64,000 nt of DNA, taken from NCBI RefSeq assembly GCF_041918995.1, contig NZ_JAYRUN010000014.1, positions 11,974 to 75,973 of the forward strand, given 5' to 3'. Shown here one piece after another: positions 30,445 to 45,253 of the stretch. This DNA is from Ideonella sp. (GTDB taxonomy: Bacteria > Pseudomonadota > Gammaproteobacteria > Burkholderiales > Burkholderiaceae_C). The notes under the pieces were generated by a model. It saw nothing but the letters and a program-made list of their open reading frames with translations, searched no databases and had not been told where the DNA came from. The first letter of the stretch is position 1; each line of letters begins with the position of its first letter. Both the position numbers and the translations under genes were made by a program.

Positions 30445-30972
30445 ATGGACGACGCCAGCCCGCTGCTGCCCGACACCGCCTGGCTGCCCGCGGTGCAGGC
30501 GCTGGCCGAGGCGCTGCGCCGGCGCGGCACCCGCGTGGCCACGGCCGAAAGCTGCACGGGTGGCCTCATCGGGGCCGCCTGCACCCACCTGGCAGGCTCC
30601 AGCGACTGGTACGAGCGCGGCTGGGTGACCTACAGCAACGAGGCCAAGACCGAGCTGCTCGGCGTGCCGGCGGCGCTGATCGTGCAGCACGGTGCGGTGA
30701 GCGCCGAGGTGGCGCGTGCCATGGCCGAGGGTGCGCTGGCGCGCAGCCGCGCGCAGGCGGCGGTGGCCGTCACCGGCATCGCCGGCCCGGGGGGGGCGAC
30801 GCCAGGCAAGCCGGTGGGCCTGGTGTGGCGAGGCCTGGCCTGGCGTGACGCGGGCGGCCAGGTGCGGGCCGAGGCGGCGGCGCAGGTGTTCGCGGGCGAC
30901 CGCGCGCAGGTGCGCGGCGCGACGGTTCAGTGGGCCCTGTCCGGGCTGCTGGCACTCGCCCGGGCGCGCTGA
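30445..30972 (+). CDS. pncC: CinA-family nicotinamide-nucleotide amidase (PncC domain)
   Basis: Motifs are [16 protein letters not shown] and [12 protein letters not shown]. It lies in thiL-pgpA-cinA synteny. Confidence 0.85.
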   Translation: MDDASPLLPDTAWLPAVQALAEALRRRGTRVATAESCTGGLIGAACTHLAGSSDWYERGWVTYSNEAKTELLGVPAALIVQHGAVSAEVARAMAEGALARSRAQAAVAVTGIAGPGGATPGKPVGLVWRGLAWRDAGGQVRAEAAAQVFAGDRAQVRGATVQWALSGLLALARAR

Positions 30973-32816
30973 GCCGCGGGTGGGGCATCCGCCGCCGACA
31001 GCGCCCACGCCGGCTCGGCCACCGCGGGCGCCGGGCGCCCGTGCAGAAAGCCCTGCTGCACCGGGCAGCCGGCGCGCTCCAGGGCGGCGCGCTGCAGCTC
31101 GGTCTCCACGCCCACGGCCAGCACCCCCACGCCCATGCCCTGGGCCAGGTGCACCACGCCGCGCACGGCGGCGACGGCGGCGGCGTCGTGCGGCAGGCCC
31201 GCCACCAGGCCCGCCTCGATCTTCAGCCGCGCGGGCTGCAGCTGCGCCAGCAGGGCCAGCGACAGCGGCGCCGTGCCCACGTTCTCCAGCACCAGCTCGG
31301 CGCCTTCGCGCCGCAGCTCGGCGGCGCGCAGCAGGCTGAACTCCGGGTCGCTCATCACCATGTGGCTGCACAGCTCCAGGGCCAGGTCACCCGGCACCAG
31401 GCCGTGCTCGTGCAGGGCGCGGCCCACGCTGGCGGGCAGCTGCTCGTGGCGGAACTCCGCGGCGCTCACGTTGACGGCCACCGGCCCCACGGCCAGCCCG
31501 GCCGCCTTCCAGCGCGCCTGCTGGGCGCAGGCCGCGTGCAGCACATGCCGCGTGATGGCCTGCAGCTGCTCGCCCGCGCCGGCGCGGTGGATGAAGTGCA
31601 CCGGCGTCAGCACGCCCTGCTGGGGGTGCTGCCAGCGCAGCAGCGCCTCGGCGCCGACGGCGCGGCCCACGCGGGTGTCGATGAGTGGCTGGTAGTGCAG
31701 CTGCAGCGCGTGGCGCGCCAGCGCCTGCGCGAGCTCCGGGTCGCCGCCGCCGGTCACCGGCTCGGGCGCGTCGTCCTGCGCGCGGTACAGCGCGAAGCGG
31801 CCCCGCCCGGCCGCCTTGGCGCGGTACATGGCTTGGTCGGCACGCTGCAGCAGCTCGTCGAAGCGCCGCCCGTCGGCCGGGAAGCGCGCGATGCCGATGC
31901 TGGCCGAGACCTGCATCTGCACGTCGGGCTGGCCGGGCAGCGGCACCGGTTGCTCGATGGCGTGGATGAGCCGCAGCGCGGCATGCGCCACGGCCTGGGC
32001 GTCCTCCACCTCGGACAGCAGGGCCACGAACTCGTCGCCGGCCAGGCGCCCGACCAGGTCGGAGCCGCGCATGACCGTGCGCATGCGCTGGCCCAGCACC
32101 CGCAGCAGCTCGTCGCCGGCGCGGTGGCCGAGGGTGTCGTTCACCTGCTTGAAGCGGTCCAGGTCGATGAACAGCAGCGCCAGCGGCTGCTGGCCCCGCC
32201 GCGCCACCGAGGCGGCGTGGGTGAACAGCTCGGCGAACAGGCGGCGGTTGGGCAGCCCGGTGAGCGCATCCACCATGGCCTGCCGGTGCAGCTCGGCATG
32301 GCGGCCCTCCAGGGCCTCCAGCAGGTCGTCGATGCGGTCGATGGCGCGGTTGAGGTGCCGGCCCACGGCGCCCAGCTCGTTGTCGTTGCCGTCCCAGTCG
32401 ATGCGCGGGCCGCCGCCCTGGCCGCTGCGCGCGATCTCGCTGGCCTGCTTCTTCAGCCGGCGCAGCGGCTCCACCACGCGCCAGGCGAGCACCATCCACA
32501 GGGCCAGGGCACCGGCGACGGCCTGGAGCAGCAGGACCAGCCCCACCGCCTGGCGGCGCTCGGCGGGCCACACCGCGGCCACGGCGCCCGCCAAGGTGCT
32601 GTCCAGCCACCACAGGCCGATGCCGGCCGCCAGCAGGCTGGCCAGCGTGGCGCCCACGACGGCGCGGCCGATGGACAGCCGCCGCCGCACGCGCGGCAGC
32701 GGCGCGCGGTCGATCGCCGGCGGTTCGCTCGGCGGCGGTTCTTCTTGTGTTGGCACCACACCCTCGCTATCGGCCGGCCACGCGCTGGGATGAGGCCGGA
32801 AACGTGAACCGTGCAT
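30927..32816 (-). CDS. Membrane-bound HAMP-GGDEF-EAL signalling protein
   Basis: It has TM segments and a HAMP domain. The GGDEF domain has the variant motif AGDEF ([11 protein letters not shown]). The EAL domain has GAEALLRW. It has a 46-nt convergent overlap with pncC. Confidence 0.9.
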   Translation of the reverse strand: MHGSRFRPHPSAWPADSEGVVPTQEEPPPSEPPAIDRAPLPRVRRRLSIGRAVVGATLASLLAAGIGLWWLDSTLAGAVAAVWPAERRQAVGLVLLLQAVAGALALWMVLAWRVVEPLRRLKKQASEIARSGQGGGPRIDWDGNDNELGAVGRHLNRAIDRIDDLLEALEGRHAELHRQAMVDALTGLPNRRLFAELFTHAASVARRGQQPLALLFIDLDRFKQVNDTLGHRAGDELLRVLGQRMRTVMRGSDLVGRLAGDEFVALLSEVEDAQAVAHAALRLIHAIEQPVPLPGQPDVQMQVSASIGIARFPADGRRFDELLQRADQAMYRAKAAGRGRFALYRAQDDAPEPVTGGGDPELAQALARHALQLHYQPLIDTRVGRAVGAEALLRWQHPQQGVLTPVHFIHRAGAGEQLQAITRHVLHAACAQQARWKAAGLAVGPVAVNVSAAEFRHEQLPASVGRALHEHGLVPGDLALELCSHMVMSDPEFSLLRAAELRREGAELVLENVGTAPLSLALLAQLQPARLKIEAGLVAGLPHDAAAVAAVRGVVHLAQGMGVGVLAVGVETELQRAALERAGCPVQQGFLHGRPAPAVAEPAWALSAADAPPAAQRARASASSPDRAH

Positions 32817-32842
32817 TGTGAACAGGCGCTAGGCTGGGAGAC

Positions 32843-33784
32843 ATGACGATTTACCTTTGCGGACAAATTGACACCACGGAGCGGCAGGCCTGGCTGGACG
32901 CCCTGGCCCTCGCCCTGCCCGGCGAGCCGGTGCGCACGGCACTGGGGCCGGACGACCGGGGTGGCGTGGACGTGGCGCTCGTGGCCAACCCGCCCCCGGG
33001 CAGCCTGCAGGGCCTGCCCGCGCTGCGCCTGGTGCAGTCGCTGTGGGCAGGCGTGGACCGGCTGCTGGCCGACCCCACGCTGCCCGACGGCGTGCCGGTG
33101 GCGCGCATGGTGGACCCGGCGATGACGGCGGCCATGGCCGAGACCGCGCTGTGGGCGGTGCTCTCGCTGCACCGTGGCTTCTTCCGCTACGCCGCGCAGC
33201 AGTCGGCCGGCTGCTGGCAGCCGCTGCCCCAGCGCCGCGCGGACGAGGTGCATGTGGCGGTGCTGGGCCTGGGTGAGCTCGGCCGGGCGGTGGCGGCGCG
33301 CCTGGCCGGCCAGGGCTACCGGGTGACGGGCTGGCGGCGCACGCCCGTCGGGCCGCTGCCGGCCGGCGTGGCCGCCTGCGAGGGCGAGGGCGCCTGGGGC
33401 CCGTTGCTGGCGCGCAGCGACGTGCTGGTGAACCTGCTGCCGCTGACCGCGGCCACCCGCGGCCTGCTCGACGCACGGGCCTTTGCGGCCCTGCGCCCGG
33501 GCGCGGCCCTGGTGAACCTCGCCCGCGGCGCCCATGTCGTGGAAGCGGACCTGCTGGTGGCCCTGGACGCGGGCCAGGTGGGCCACGCCGTGCTGGACGT
33601 GTTCGCCAGCGAGCCGCTGGCGCCCGGTCATCCGTTCTGGTCGCATCCCCAGGTGACCGTGCTGCCCCACGCAGCGGCCCTGACGGACCCGCGCACCGCG
33701 GCGGGCGTGGTGGCCGCCAATGTGCACGCCTGCCGCGCCGGGCGGCCGCTGGCCCACCGGGTGGAGCGCTCGCGCGGCTACTGA
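32843..33784 (+). CDS. D-isomer-specific 2-hydroxyacid dehydrogenase (glyoxylate/hydroxypyruvate reductase A-like)
   Basis: It has the NAD-binding motif VLGLGELGRAVA and the catalytic region LVNLARG...DVF..EPL...P. Confidence 0.85.
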   Translation: MTIYLCGQIDTTERQAWLDALALALPGEPVRTALGPDDRGGVDVALVANPPPGSLQGLPALRLVQSLWAGVDRLLADPTLPDGVPVARMVDPAMTAAMAETALWAVLSLHRGFFRYAAQQSAGCWQPLPQRRADEVHVAVLGLGELGRAVAARLAGQGYRVTGWRRTPVGPLPAGVAACEGEGAWGPLLARSDVLVNLLPLTAATRGLLDARAFAALRPGAALVNLARGAHVVEADLLVALDAGQVGHAVLDVFASEPLAPGHPFWSHPQVTVLPHAAALTDPRTAAGVVAANVHACRAGRPLAHRVERSRGY

Positions 33785-33788
33785 GCGT

Positions 33789-34889
33789 TCAGCTGGCCGC
33801 GGGCAGCGTCATCGGCCGCCGGGCGGCCCCGCGGCGCGCCGTGGCGGCGGCCACCAGGTCCAGCAGGCCCAGCGCCAGGCGGCGCAGCGCCTCCCAGGCG
33901 TCTTCGGGCCAGTCCGGCCGGCGCAGGCCCTTGATGACGCCGTCGCAGTCGCTGGCGGCCACCACCAGCGCGGCCAGGGCGCCGTCGTCCACACCGGGCA
34001 GCAGGGCCTGGAAGACACGCTCCTTGTCGCCCCACACCCGCGCCTCGCGCAGCGCCATGGGCAGCGGCAGGCCGGCGGCCAGCGCGCCGCGCGCGCGCTG
34101 CAGCGCCATCACGTCGTTGGCCAGCATCCAGTGCACGGGCACGGGCGACTCGCCCTCGGCCTTCAGGCCGTCGAGCATGCGCAGGGCGCGGCCCGGCTGG
34201 CCGGCCAGCACGGCGGACACCAGCTGGGCGATGTCGAAGCGCGCCACGTCCAGCACCGCGGATTCGATCTGCTCGAAGCTGAGCTCGCCGGCCGGGTACA
34301 GCAGGGCCAGCTTCTGCAGCTCCTGGTGCGCGGCCAGCAGGTTGCCCTCCACCCGGTCGGCGAAGTAGGCCAGGGTCTGCTGGCCGGCGTCGCCCGCGGC
34401 CACGCGCTGGCCCTGCGCGGCCAGGCGCTGGGCGATCCAGCCGGGCAGCGCATGGCGCTCGATCGGGTCCAGGCGCACGGCGACACCGGCCCGGTCGAGC
34501 GCGGCGAACCAGGCGCTCTTGAGCTGCTCGCGGTCCAGGCGCGGCAGGTGCACCAGCGTCAGCACATCCGGCGAGATCTGCTCGCAGTACGCCTGCAGCG
34601 CGGACGAGCCGTCCTTGCCCGGCTTGCCGCTGGGGATGCGGATCTCGATCAGCTGGCGGTCGGTGAACAGGCCCATGGACCGCGCCGCGCCCAGCACGCC
34701 GCTCCAGTCGAAGTGGGCGCCGCTCACGGTGAACACCTGGCGGTCGCCGAAACCGGCGGCGCGCGCGGCCGCGCGCAGCGTGTCGGCGGCCTCCTGCGCC
34801 AGCAGCGGCTCGTCGCCGTGCAGGGTGTAGATGCTCTTCAGCCCGCTGCGCGCGAGCTGGGTGGCGAGCTGGTCGGCGCGGACCTGCAT
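33789..34889 (-). CDS. holA: DNA polymerase III subunit delta
   Basis: The N-terminus is YTLHGDEPLLAQEAADTLR. It lies in the leuS-lptE-holA operon order. Confidence 0.88.
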   Translation of the reverse strand: MQVRADQLATQLARSGLKSIYTLHGDEPLLAQEAADTLRAAARAAGFGDRQVFTVSGAHFDWSGVLGAARSMGLFTDRQLIEIRIPSGKPGKDGSSALQAYCEQISPDVLTLVHLPRLDREQLKSAWFAALDRAGVAVRLDPIERHALPGWIAQRLAAQGQRVAAGDAGQQTLAYFADRVEGNLLAAHQELQKLALLYPAGELSFEQIESAVLDVARFDIAQLVSAVLAGQPGRALRMLDGLKAEGESPVPVHWMLANDVMALQRARGALAAGLPLPMALREARVWGDKERVFQALLPGVDDGALAALVVAASDCDGVIKGLRRPDWPEDAWEALRRLALGLLDLVAAATARRGAARRPMTLPAAS

Positions 34890-34905
34890 GGTGCGGCGCG
34901 CCGGC

Positions 34906-35417
34906 TCAGGCGGCCGGCGCCCGGCCGGAGGCCGCGAGCATCTCGAGCAGCTGGTGGGCCATGTCCAGCCGCATGTCGCGCAGCAGCACGGCCTCCTCGG
35001 TCTGCTTGGCCAGCGCGGCGGTCTCGCTGTAGCTCATGTCGCGCGTCAGCTCGAGCTGCGTCTCGGGCAGCAGCGGCGTGCCGTCCGGGCGGTCGAGCCG
35101 GAAGCGCAGGGTGACGCGCAGGCGGAACTCGCGCACCTGGCCACCGGCGGTGGAGGCGGCCACGGTGCGCGTGAGGCGGTCCTCCAGCACCACCAGCACG
35201 CGCTCGGCCTGGCGCGGGTCGTCCACCCACTGCACGCTGCGCGGCAGTGCCTGGCGCAGCGCGTCGGCCATGGGCGCCGCGGGCGCGAAGCCGCTCACCG
35301 CCAGCCGCGTGAACGGCAGCGCGGCGGGCTGGCGCAGGGCGAAGCCGCAGCCCCCCAGGGCCGTGGTGGCCGAGGCCGCGACCAGCGCGGCGAGCAGGGC
35401 GCGGCGCGGCACCGGCA

Positions 35418-35418
<1 letters not shown>
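34906..35418 (-). CDS. lptE: LPS-assembly lipoprotein LptE
   Basis: It has the lipobox ALGGCGF and LptE-like length and position. It has a 1-nt overlap with the leuS stop. Confidence 0.8.
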
Positions 35419-38544
<3,126 letters not shown>

Positions 38545-38571
38545 GGCGGATCGTGGGTGGCGGTGGGTCGC

Positions 38572-39221
38572 TCAGCCGGCGTCGTGCAGGGCGATCTCGC
38601 GCAGGTCGTGGGCGAAGCCCTCGAGCTCGGCCTCGCAGGCGCCCAGCCACTTGCCGAACACGTTGTAGGCCAGCACGGCCGGGATGGCCACGGCCAGGCC
38701 GGCGGCGGTCATCACGAGGGCCTCGCCCACCGGGCCGGCCACGCGCTCGATGCTCAGGCCGCCGCCCTCGGCCATGCCGAGCAGCGCGTGGTAGATGCCC
38801 CAGACCGTGCCGAACAGGCCCACGAAGGGCGCGGTGGCGCCGACCGAGGCCAGGAACACCTGGCCCGCCTGCAGCTGGCCCAGCCCGGCGTGCAGGGCGT
38901 CGCGCAGCCGGCGGGTGAGCTGTGATTCGATCGCGCCGTGCGTCTGCAGCGTGCCCGCCCCCGGGCGCGTGAACGCGGCCTCGGCCAGCGGGGTGATCAC
39001 GCCCTCGCGGTCCAGCGCCGCCAGGCGCTGGCGCGCCGTGTCGCGGTCCGGCGCGTTCCAGAAGGCGTCGATGCCGCGCTTCAGGTCGGCCAGGGCGCGG
39101 CGCAGCACCCAGCCCTTCCAGAAGATGAGCACCCAGGCGCCCACCGACATGGCCAGCAGGGCCAGCGCCACTGCCCGGCCGACGACGTCGGCCTCGGCCC
39201 AGAAGCCGTTCAGCCCGTCCA

Positions 39222-39222
<1 letters not shown>
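38572..39222 (-). CDS. exbB: MotA/TolQ/ExbB proton-channel protein
   Basis: It has three TM segments and the C-terminal motif PFVGLFGTVWGI...GPVGEALVMTAAGLAVAIPAVLAYN. Its start overlaps the dapB stop by 1 nt. Confidence 0.85.
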
Positions 39223-40619
<1,397 letters not shown>

Positions 40620-40675
40620 CTATGATGCGGGCGATTCTAGCGGCGCACCCTGCGCCGGACGCCTTCGCACCTGCC

Positions 40676-41164
40676 ATGCCCAACCACGCCGACGAACTCA
40701 AGAGCAGCGGCCTGAAAGCCACGCTGCCGCGCCTGCGCATCCTGGAGATCTTCCAGAAGTCCGCCGTGCGCCACATGACCGCCGAGGACGTGTTCAAGGC
40801 GCTGCTGGGCGAGGGCTCCGACATCGGCCTGGCCACCGTCTACCGGGTGCTGATGCAGTTCGAGCAGGCCGGCATCCTGGTGCGCAGCCATTTCGAGTCC
40901 GGCAAGTCGGTGTTCGAGCTCAACGAGGGCCACCACCACGACCACCTGGTGTGCCTGACCTGCGGGCGCGTGGAGGAGTTCTACGACCCGGAGATCGAAG
41001 GCCGCCAGCGGGCCGTGGCCCAGGCGCGCGGCTTCGAGCTTCACGAGCACACGCTGGCGCTGTACGCGGTGTGCACCAAGGCCGACTGCGAGCACCGCCC
41101 GGCCGGCGGCTCAGGCGTCAAGACTCCTTCGGGCCATCCATCGCTGCCTGGTGACGGGCGATGA
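40676..41164 (+). CDS. fur: Ferric uptake regulator
   Basis: Motifs are [29 protein letters not shown] and [17 protein letters not shown]. The C-terminal tail overlaps the hprK 3' end by 47 nt. Confidence 0.93.
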   Translation: MPNHADELKSSGLKATLPRLRILEIFQKSAVRHMTAEDVFKALLGEGSDIGLATVYRVLMQFEQAGILVRSHFESGKSVFELNEGHHHDHLVCLTCGRVEEFYDPEIEGRQRAVAQARGFELHEHTLALYAVCTKADCEHRPAGGSGVKTPSGHPSLPGDGR

Positions 41165-42074
41165 ACTCCTGGTAGGTGTCGATCCCGCGCAGCTGCAGGA
41201 TGGTGTTGCGCACGGCGGCCTCCACCAGCACGGCCAGGTTGCGGCCCGCGTCCACCGCGATGACCACCTTGCGCACGGGGATCTCCAGGATCTCCTCGTA
41301 CAGCGGCTCGTAGGGCAGGCGCTCGAACTCGCGTTCCATCGTCTCCTTGCGCACCAGGTGGACGATGAGCTTCAGGCGCATCTTCCGGCGCACGGCCGTC
41401 TCGCCGAAGATGGCCTTGATGTCCAGCAGGCCGATGCCGCGCACCTCCAGCAGGTTCATCAGCAGGTCGGGGCAGCGGCCTTCCAGGGTGTTCTGTGACA
41501 CCCGGTACAGGTCGACGGCGTCGTCGGCCACCAGGCCGTGGCCGCGCGAGATGAGCTCCAGGCCCAGTTCGCTCTTGCCCAGGCCCGATTCGCCGGTGAG
41601 CAGCACGCCCAGGCCAAGGATGTCCATGAACACGCCATGGCGGGTGGTGCGCTCGGCGAACAGCTGGCTGAGGTAGGACCGGACCACGTCGATCACGTGG
41701 CCGGCCGAGGCCGAGGTGGTGAACAGCGGGATCTCGGCCCGGTCGCACATGGCCACCAGGCGGTCGGGCGCGCGCTGGTCGTCGGCCACGATGATCACCG
41801 GCGGCTCCAGCGTCACGATGCGCTGGATGCGCCGCTCCAGCACCTCGGCCGGCGCGTTGTCGAGGTAGGCCACCTCGCGCCGGCCCACCAGCTGCACCCG
41901 GTAGGGGTGGATGTAGTTCAGGTAGCCCACCAGGTCGGCCGCCGAGCGCGCGTCGCGCACCGCGGCCTCGTCGAAGCGCCGCTCCGGGTGGGCATGGCCG
42001 GCCACCCATTCCCAGCGCAGCGTGCGCTGGTGTTCCTCGAACAGCGCTTCCGCGCTGATGGAAATGGGTTTCAC
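41118..42074 (-). CDS. hprK: HPr kinase/phosphorylase
   Basis: It has the Walker A motif GESGLGKSE and the motif [16 protein letters not shown]. Confidence 0.93.
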   Translation of the reverse strand: MKPISISAEALFEEHQRTLRWEWVAGHAHPERRFDEAAVRDARSAADLVGYLNYIHPYRVQLVGRREVAYLDNAPAEVLERRIQRIVTLEPPVIIVADDQRAPDRLVAMCDRAEIPLFTTSASAGHVIDVVRSYLSQLFAERTTRHGVFMDILGLGVLLTGESGLGKSELGLELISRGHGLVADDAVDLYRVSQNTLEGRCPDLLMNLLEVRGIGLLDIKAIFGETAVRRKMRLKLIVHLVRKETMEREFERLPYEPLYEEILEIPVRKVVIAVDAGRNLAVLVEAAVRNTILQLRGIDTYQEFIARHQAAMDGPKES

Positions 42075-42093
42075 CGGGGCGGCTGCCGGGGCG

Positions 42094-42564
42094 TCACGCC
42101 ACCGATTTCAGCGGTTCCCAGTCGGCGATGAGCCGGTGCACGGTGGCCGCGTCGGCCGCGGTCTTGAGCTTCTCGCGCAGCTCGCGGTCGGACAGCAGCT
42201 CGGCGATCTCCGACAGGATCTCCAGGTGGCGCTGGGTGGCGGCTTCGGGCACCAGCAGGAAGATCAGCAGGCTGACGGCCTCGTCGTCCGGTGCGTCGAA
42301 GGGAATGGGGTTCTGCACGCGGATGACCGCGGCCAGCGGGTTCTTCAGCCCCTTGACGCGGCCGTGCGGCACGGCCACGCCGTGGCCCAGGCCGGTGGAG
42401 CCCAGGCGCTCACGGGCGAAGAGGTTGTCGGTGACGGTGGCGCGGGCGATGGCGTGCTGGTTCTCGAACAGCAGGCCCGCGTGCTCGAAAGCGCGCTTCT
42501 TGCTGGTCGCATCCACACCCACCAGCACGTTGTCCACGGGCAGGATGGCGGCAAGGCGGTTCAT
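42094..42564 (-). CDS. ptsN: PTS IIA-like nitrogen regulatory protein PtsN (EIIA-Ntr)
   Basis: The active-site region is [12 protein letters not shown]. It lies upstream of hprK. An alternative start is ATG 42585. Confidence 0.9.
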   Translation of the reverse strand: MNRLAAILPVDNVLVGVDATSKKRAFEHAGLLFENQHAIARATVTDNLFARERLGSTGLGHGVAVPHGRVKGLKNPLAAVIRVQNPIPFDAPDDEAVSLLIFLLVPEAATQRHLEILSEIAELLSDRELREKLKTAADAATVHRLIADWEPLKSVA

Positions 42565-42644
42565 GAACGGCTCTTTCGGCAACAACGGTCGGACGGCGGT
42601 CTCGCGTCTTTCGGCCGGTGATCCCTCCGGCTTTAAGGGGGCGG

Positions 42645-42650
42645 ATTATA
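42645..42650 (-). promoter_or_regulatory. Perfect TATAAT hexamer upstream of ptsN
   Basis: The minus strand reads GATTTCTATAATCCGCC, 60-80 nt upstream of the ptsN start candidates. It lies downstream of the hpf terminator hairpin. The -35 is not obvious. Confidence 0.35.
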
Positions 42651-42780
42651 GAAATCGGTCGCATCCCACGCTTGGCAACGTGGGGCGGCCCGCCTCAGTT
42701 GACGCCCCGATGCTGCGTCGCAACAACAGTCTAGCGATTCGACACTCTGCCCGGGTGGGATTAGTGCTCAACAAATGACA

Positions 42781-42800
42781 AGGCGGCCCGCGGGCCGCCT
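42781..42800 (-). terminator. Terminator hairpin after hpf
   Basis: AGGCGGCCC-GC-GGGCCGCCT forms a 9-bp GC stem. On the minus strand it is followed by TGTCATTTGTTG. It lies 25 nt after the hpf stop. Confidence 0.6.
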
Positions 42801-42824
42801 GCTGTCAGGGAAGGCGCAGGGCCT

Positions 42825-43166
42825 TCAGGGGTTGGCTTCGGGCTGGCGCTTGGCCGACTCGTGGTGGTGGTCCTGGACGCGGTCCTTGTGGCGCACCACC
42901 TGGCGGTCCAGCTTGTCCATCAGCTGGTCGATCGCGGCATACAGGTCCTCGTGCGACTGCTCGACGAAGATGTCGCGGCCCTTCACATGCAGGGTCACCT
43001 CCGCCTTCTGGCGGCGTTCCTTCTCCTTGTTCTTTTCCACCGTCAGCAGCACGTTGACATCCACCACCTGGTCGAAGTGGCGCGTGATCCGTTCCAGCTT
43101 GGTGAGCACGTACTCTCTCAGAGCCGGGGTCACGTCGAGGTGGTGTCCGCTGATCGTCAAGTTCAT
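42825..43166 (-). CDS. hpf: Ribosome hibernation promoting factor
   Basis: The sequence [31 protein letters not shown] is the classic HPF/YhbH N-terminus. A strong AGGAGG Shine-Dalgarno precedes it. Confidence 0.93.
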   Translation of the reverse strand: MNLTISGHHLDVTPALREYVLTKLERITRHFDQVVDVNVLLTVEKNKEKERRQKAEVTLHVKGRDIFVEQSHEDLYAAIDQLMDKLDRQVVRHKDRVQDHHHESAKRQPEANP

Positions 43167-43192
43167 CCTAGGCCTCCTTCAAAAGACGGGGT

Positions 43193-43210
43193 TGCAAGGA
43201 CCGCTCCGGC
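43193..43210 (-). promoter_or_regulatory. Sigma-54-like -24/-12 element upstream of hpf
   Basis: The minus strand reads CCGGAGCGGTCCTTGCA, against the consensus YTGGCACGrNNNTTGCW. The GG-N10-GC spacing is correct and TTGCA is perfect, with 3 mismatches in the -24 half. The GC lies 28 nt before the ATG, with AGGAGG in between. Confidence 0.3.
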
Positions 43211-43571
43211 CAGGCCCAGCCGGGGGGATTCGTGGCGCCGGGATGGCGCCACCGGTCGAATCCAGTGTGCTCCCCGCCCCTGCCCTTGGCAAGCCGAGGG
43301 CTGTGCGAACAGGCCGGGTAGACTGCCGGTTTTCGTCGCTTCGACACCGGCCCGCCCACGCGGGGGCCCGCTGCCACGGGGCGATAATCAAACGTTTGCC
43401 ATTGCACTGCGCACCCACCGTGGAAAGTCCCCACCCTCGGTGACCGCCTGCTCCAGCCCCACGCGGCCCGCCTGACCGGGCCGCGCCGCTCGCCGGGGTA
43501 GGCGGTCGCACCCCACCCCCTTGAGAGCCCGTCCGCCGCCTGCCTGGCCGGTGGATTCCGCTGGAGCCCCC

Positions 43572-44546
43572 ATGCTCAACGTCTTCACGCTGGACAAAGG
43601 CCGACTCTCCGGCCGCCTGCTGCAGGAAGAGATCGACTCGGCCGCCGAGCTGGCCGAGGTGCACCCGGTGTGGGTGGACCTGGAAGCGCCCACCGCCGAG
43701 GAGATCGGCTGGATCCACGGCCGCTTCGGCCTGCGCATCCCCGACAACATCGTCGACGACGACCTCGAGGAATCGGCGCGCTTCTACGAGGAGGACAACG
43801 GCGAGCTGCACATCCGCTCCGACTTCCTCATCGACGACGACGTCACGCCGCGCAACGTGCGCGTGGCCTTCATCCTGCACAGCAACGTGCTGTTCTCGGT
43901 GCATGCCGAGGACCTGCCGGTGTTCCGCCTGCTGCGCCTGCGCGCCCGTCGCATCCCCGCGCTGATCGAGGACGCCAAGGACGTGCTGCTCAAGCTGTAC
44001 GACGCGGACGCGGAGTACTCCGCCGACGCCCTGGAGGGCATCTACGACAGCCTGGAGAAGGTGAGCGCGCGCGTGCTCAAGCAGGACGTGGACGACCGCG
44101 CCGCGGGCGAGGCGCTGGCCGCCATCGCCAAGGAGGAGGACCTGAACGGCCGCATCCGCCGCAACGTGATGGACACCCGGCGCGCGGTGAGCTTCATGAT
44201 GCGCAGCCGCATGCTCAACGCCGAGCAGTTCGAGGAGGCGCGGCAGATCCTGCGCGACATCGACTCGCTCGACTCGCACACCGCGTTCCTGTTCGACAAG
44301 ATCAACTTCCTGATGGACGCCACCGTCGGCTTCATCAACATCAACCAGAACAAGATCATCAAGATCTTCTCGGTGGCCTCGGTGGCGCTGCTGCCGCCCA
44401 CGCTCATCGCCAGCGTGTACGGCATGAACTTCCGCCACATGCCCGAGCTGGACCAGACCTGGGGCTACCCCTTCGCGCTGGCGCTGATGGTGGCTTCGGT
44501 CGCCGCGCCGCTCATCTACTTCCGGCGCAAGGGGTGGATGCGGTGA
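43572..44546 (+). CDS. corA: Magnesium/cobalt transporter CorA
   Basis: It has the C-terminal YGMNF motif between two TM helices. I chose the inner ATG at 43572. Confidence 0.92.
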   Translation: MLNVFTLDKGRLSGRLLQEEIDSAAELAEVHPVWVDLEAPTAEEIGWIHGRFGLRIPDNIVDDDLEESARFYEEDNGELHIRSDFLIDDDVTPRNVRVAFILHSNVLFSVHAEDLPVFRLLRLRARRIPALIEDAKDVLLKLYDADAEYSADALEGIYDSLEKVSARVLKQDVDDRAAGEALAAIAKEEDLNGRIRRNVMDTRRAVSFMMRSRMLNAEQFEEARQILRDIDSLDSHTAFLFDKINFLMDATVGFININQNKIIKIFSVASVALLPPTLIASVYGMNFRHMPELDQTWGYPFALALMVASVAAPLIYFRRKGWMR

Positions 44547-45247
44547 GCGCGGCGCTGCCGGCGGGCCTGCGCGGCATCACGCTCGACCTGGACGACACGC
44601 TCTGGCCGATCGCCCCGGTGATCGAGCAGGCGGAGGCCGCGCTGCATGCGTGGCTGGCCCGCCATGCGCCGGCCGTGGCCGAGCGCTTCGACACCGAGGC
44701 GCTGCGCCTGCTGCGCGACGACGTGGCGCGCGACCACCCGGACTGGGCGCACGACTTCACCCGCATCCGCCACGTGAGCATCGGCATCGCGCTGCAGCGC
44801 TGCGGCCACGACCCGCTGATGGCCGATGCCGCGTTTGCGGCCTTCTTCGAGGCGCGCAACACCCTGCAGCCCTACCCCGGCGTGCCCGAGGCACTGGCCC
44901 GGCTGGCCGCGCGCTGGCCGCTGCTGGCGCTGACCAACGGCAATGCCGATCTCGGCCGCCAGCCCTATGGCCGCCACTTCCGGGGCACCGTGTCGGCGCG
45001 CGAGTTCGGCATCGGCAAGCCGGACGGGCGCATCTTCCAGGAGGCCGCGCGCCGCCTCGGGGCCGCGCCGCACGAGCTGCTGCATGTGGGGGACGACTGG
45101 CTGCTCGACGTGCAAGGCGCCCGGGCCGCGGGCTTCCACACCGCGTGGATCCGCCACGCCCATGCGCCCTCGCCGGCCGAGGGCACGCAGGGCACCTGGG
45201 TGGTGGCCAGCCTGACCGAGCTGGCCGACCGCCTGCTCGCGGGCTGA
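44543..45247 (+). CDS. HAD-superfamily hydrolase (subfamily IA)
   Basis: Motif I is LDLDDTLW. Other motifs are LTNGN, KPD and GDD. The GTG start overlaps the corA stop (GTGA). Confidence 0.8.
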   Translation: MSAALPAGLRGITLDLDDTLWPIAPVIEQAEAALHAWLARHAPAVAERFDTEALRLLRDDVARDHPDWAHDFTRIRHVSIGIALQRCGHDPLMADAAFAAFFEARNTLQPYPGVPEALARLAARWPLLALTNGNADLGRQPYGRHFRGTVSAREFGIGKPDGRIFQEAARRLGAAPHELLHVGDDWLLDVQGARAAGFHTAWIRHAHAPSPAEGTQGTWVVASLTELADRLLAG

Positions 45248-45253
45248 GCGCGC

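Noticed and set aside
41118-41164. The convergent overlaps of 47 nt (fur/hprK) and 46 nt (pncC/GGDEF-EAL, 30927..30972) could be signs of frameshift or mis-assembly.
   Set aside because: Both partners retain complete conserved domains. The overlaps involve only non-conserved C-terminal tails, which is common in compact high-GC genomes.
43222-43270. A tRNA-like T-arm string (GGTCGAATCC) occurs in the hpf-corA intergenic region.
   Set aside because: No acceptor, D or anticodon arms can be drawn around it. It is one arm of a long simple inverted repeat (GGATTCG...CGAATCC).
43521-43571. An in-frame proline-rich 17-codon extension or leader peptide (TTG start, RARPPPAWPVDSAGAP) lies before corA, reminiscent of Mg-sensing leader peptides.
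   Set aside because: It is in frame and contiguous with corA rather than a separate upstream ORF. It depends on a TTG start with no Shine-Dalgarno, and nothing else supports it.
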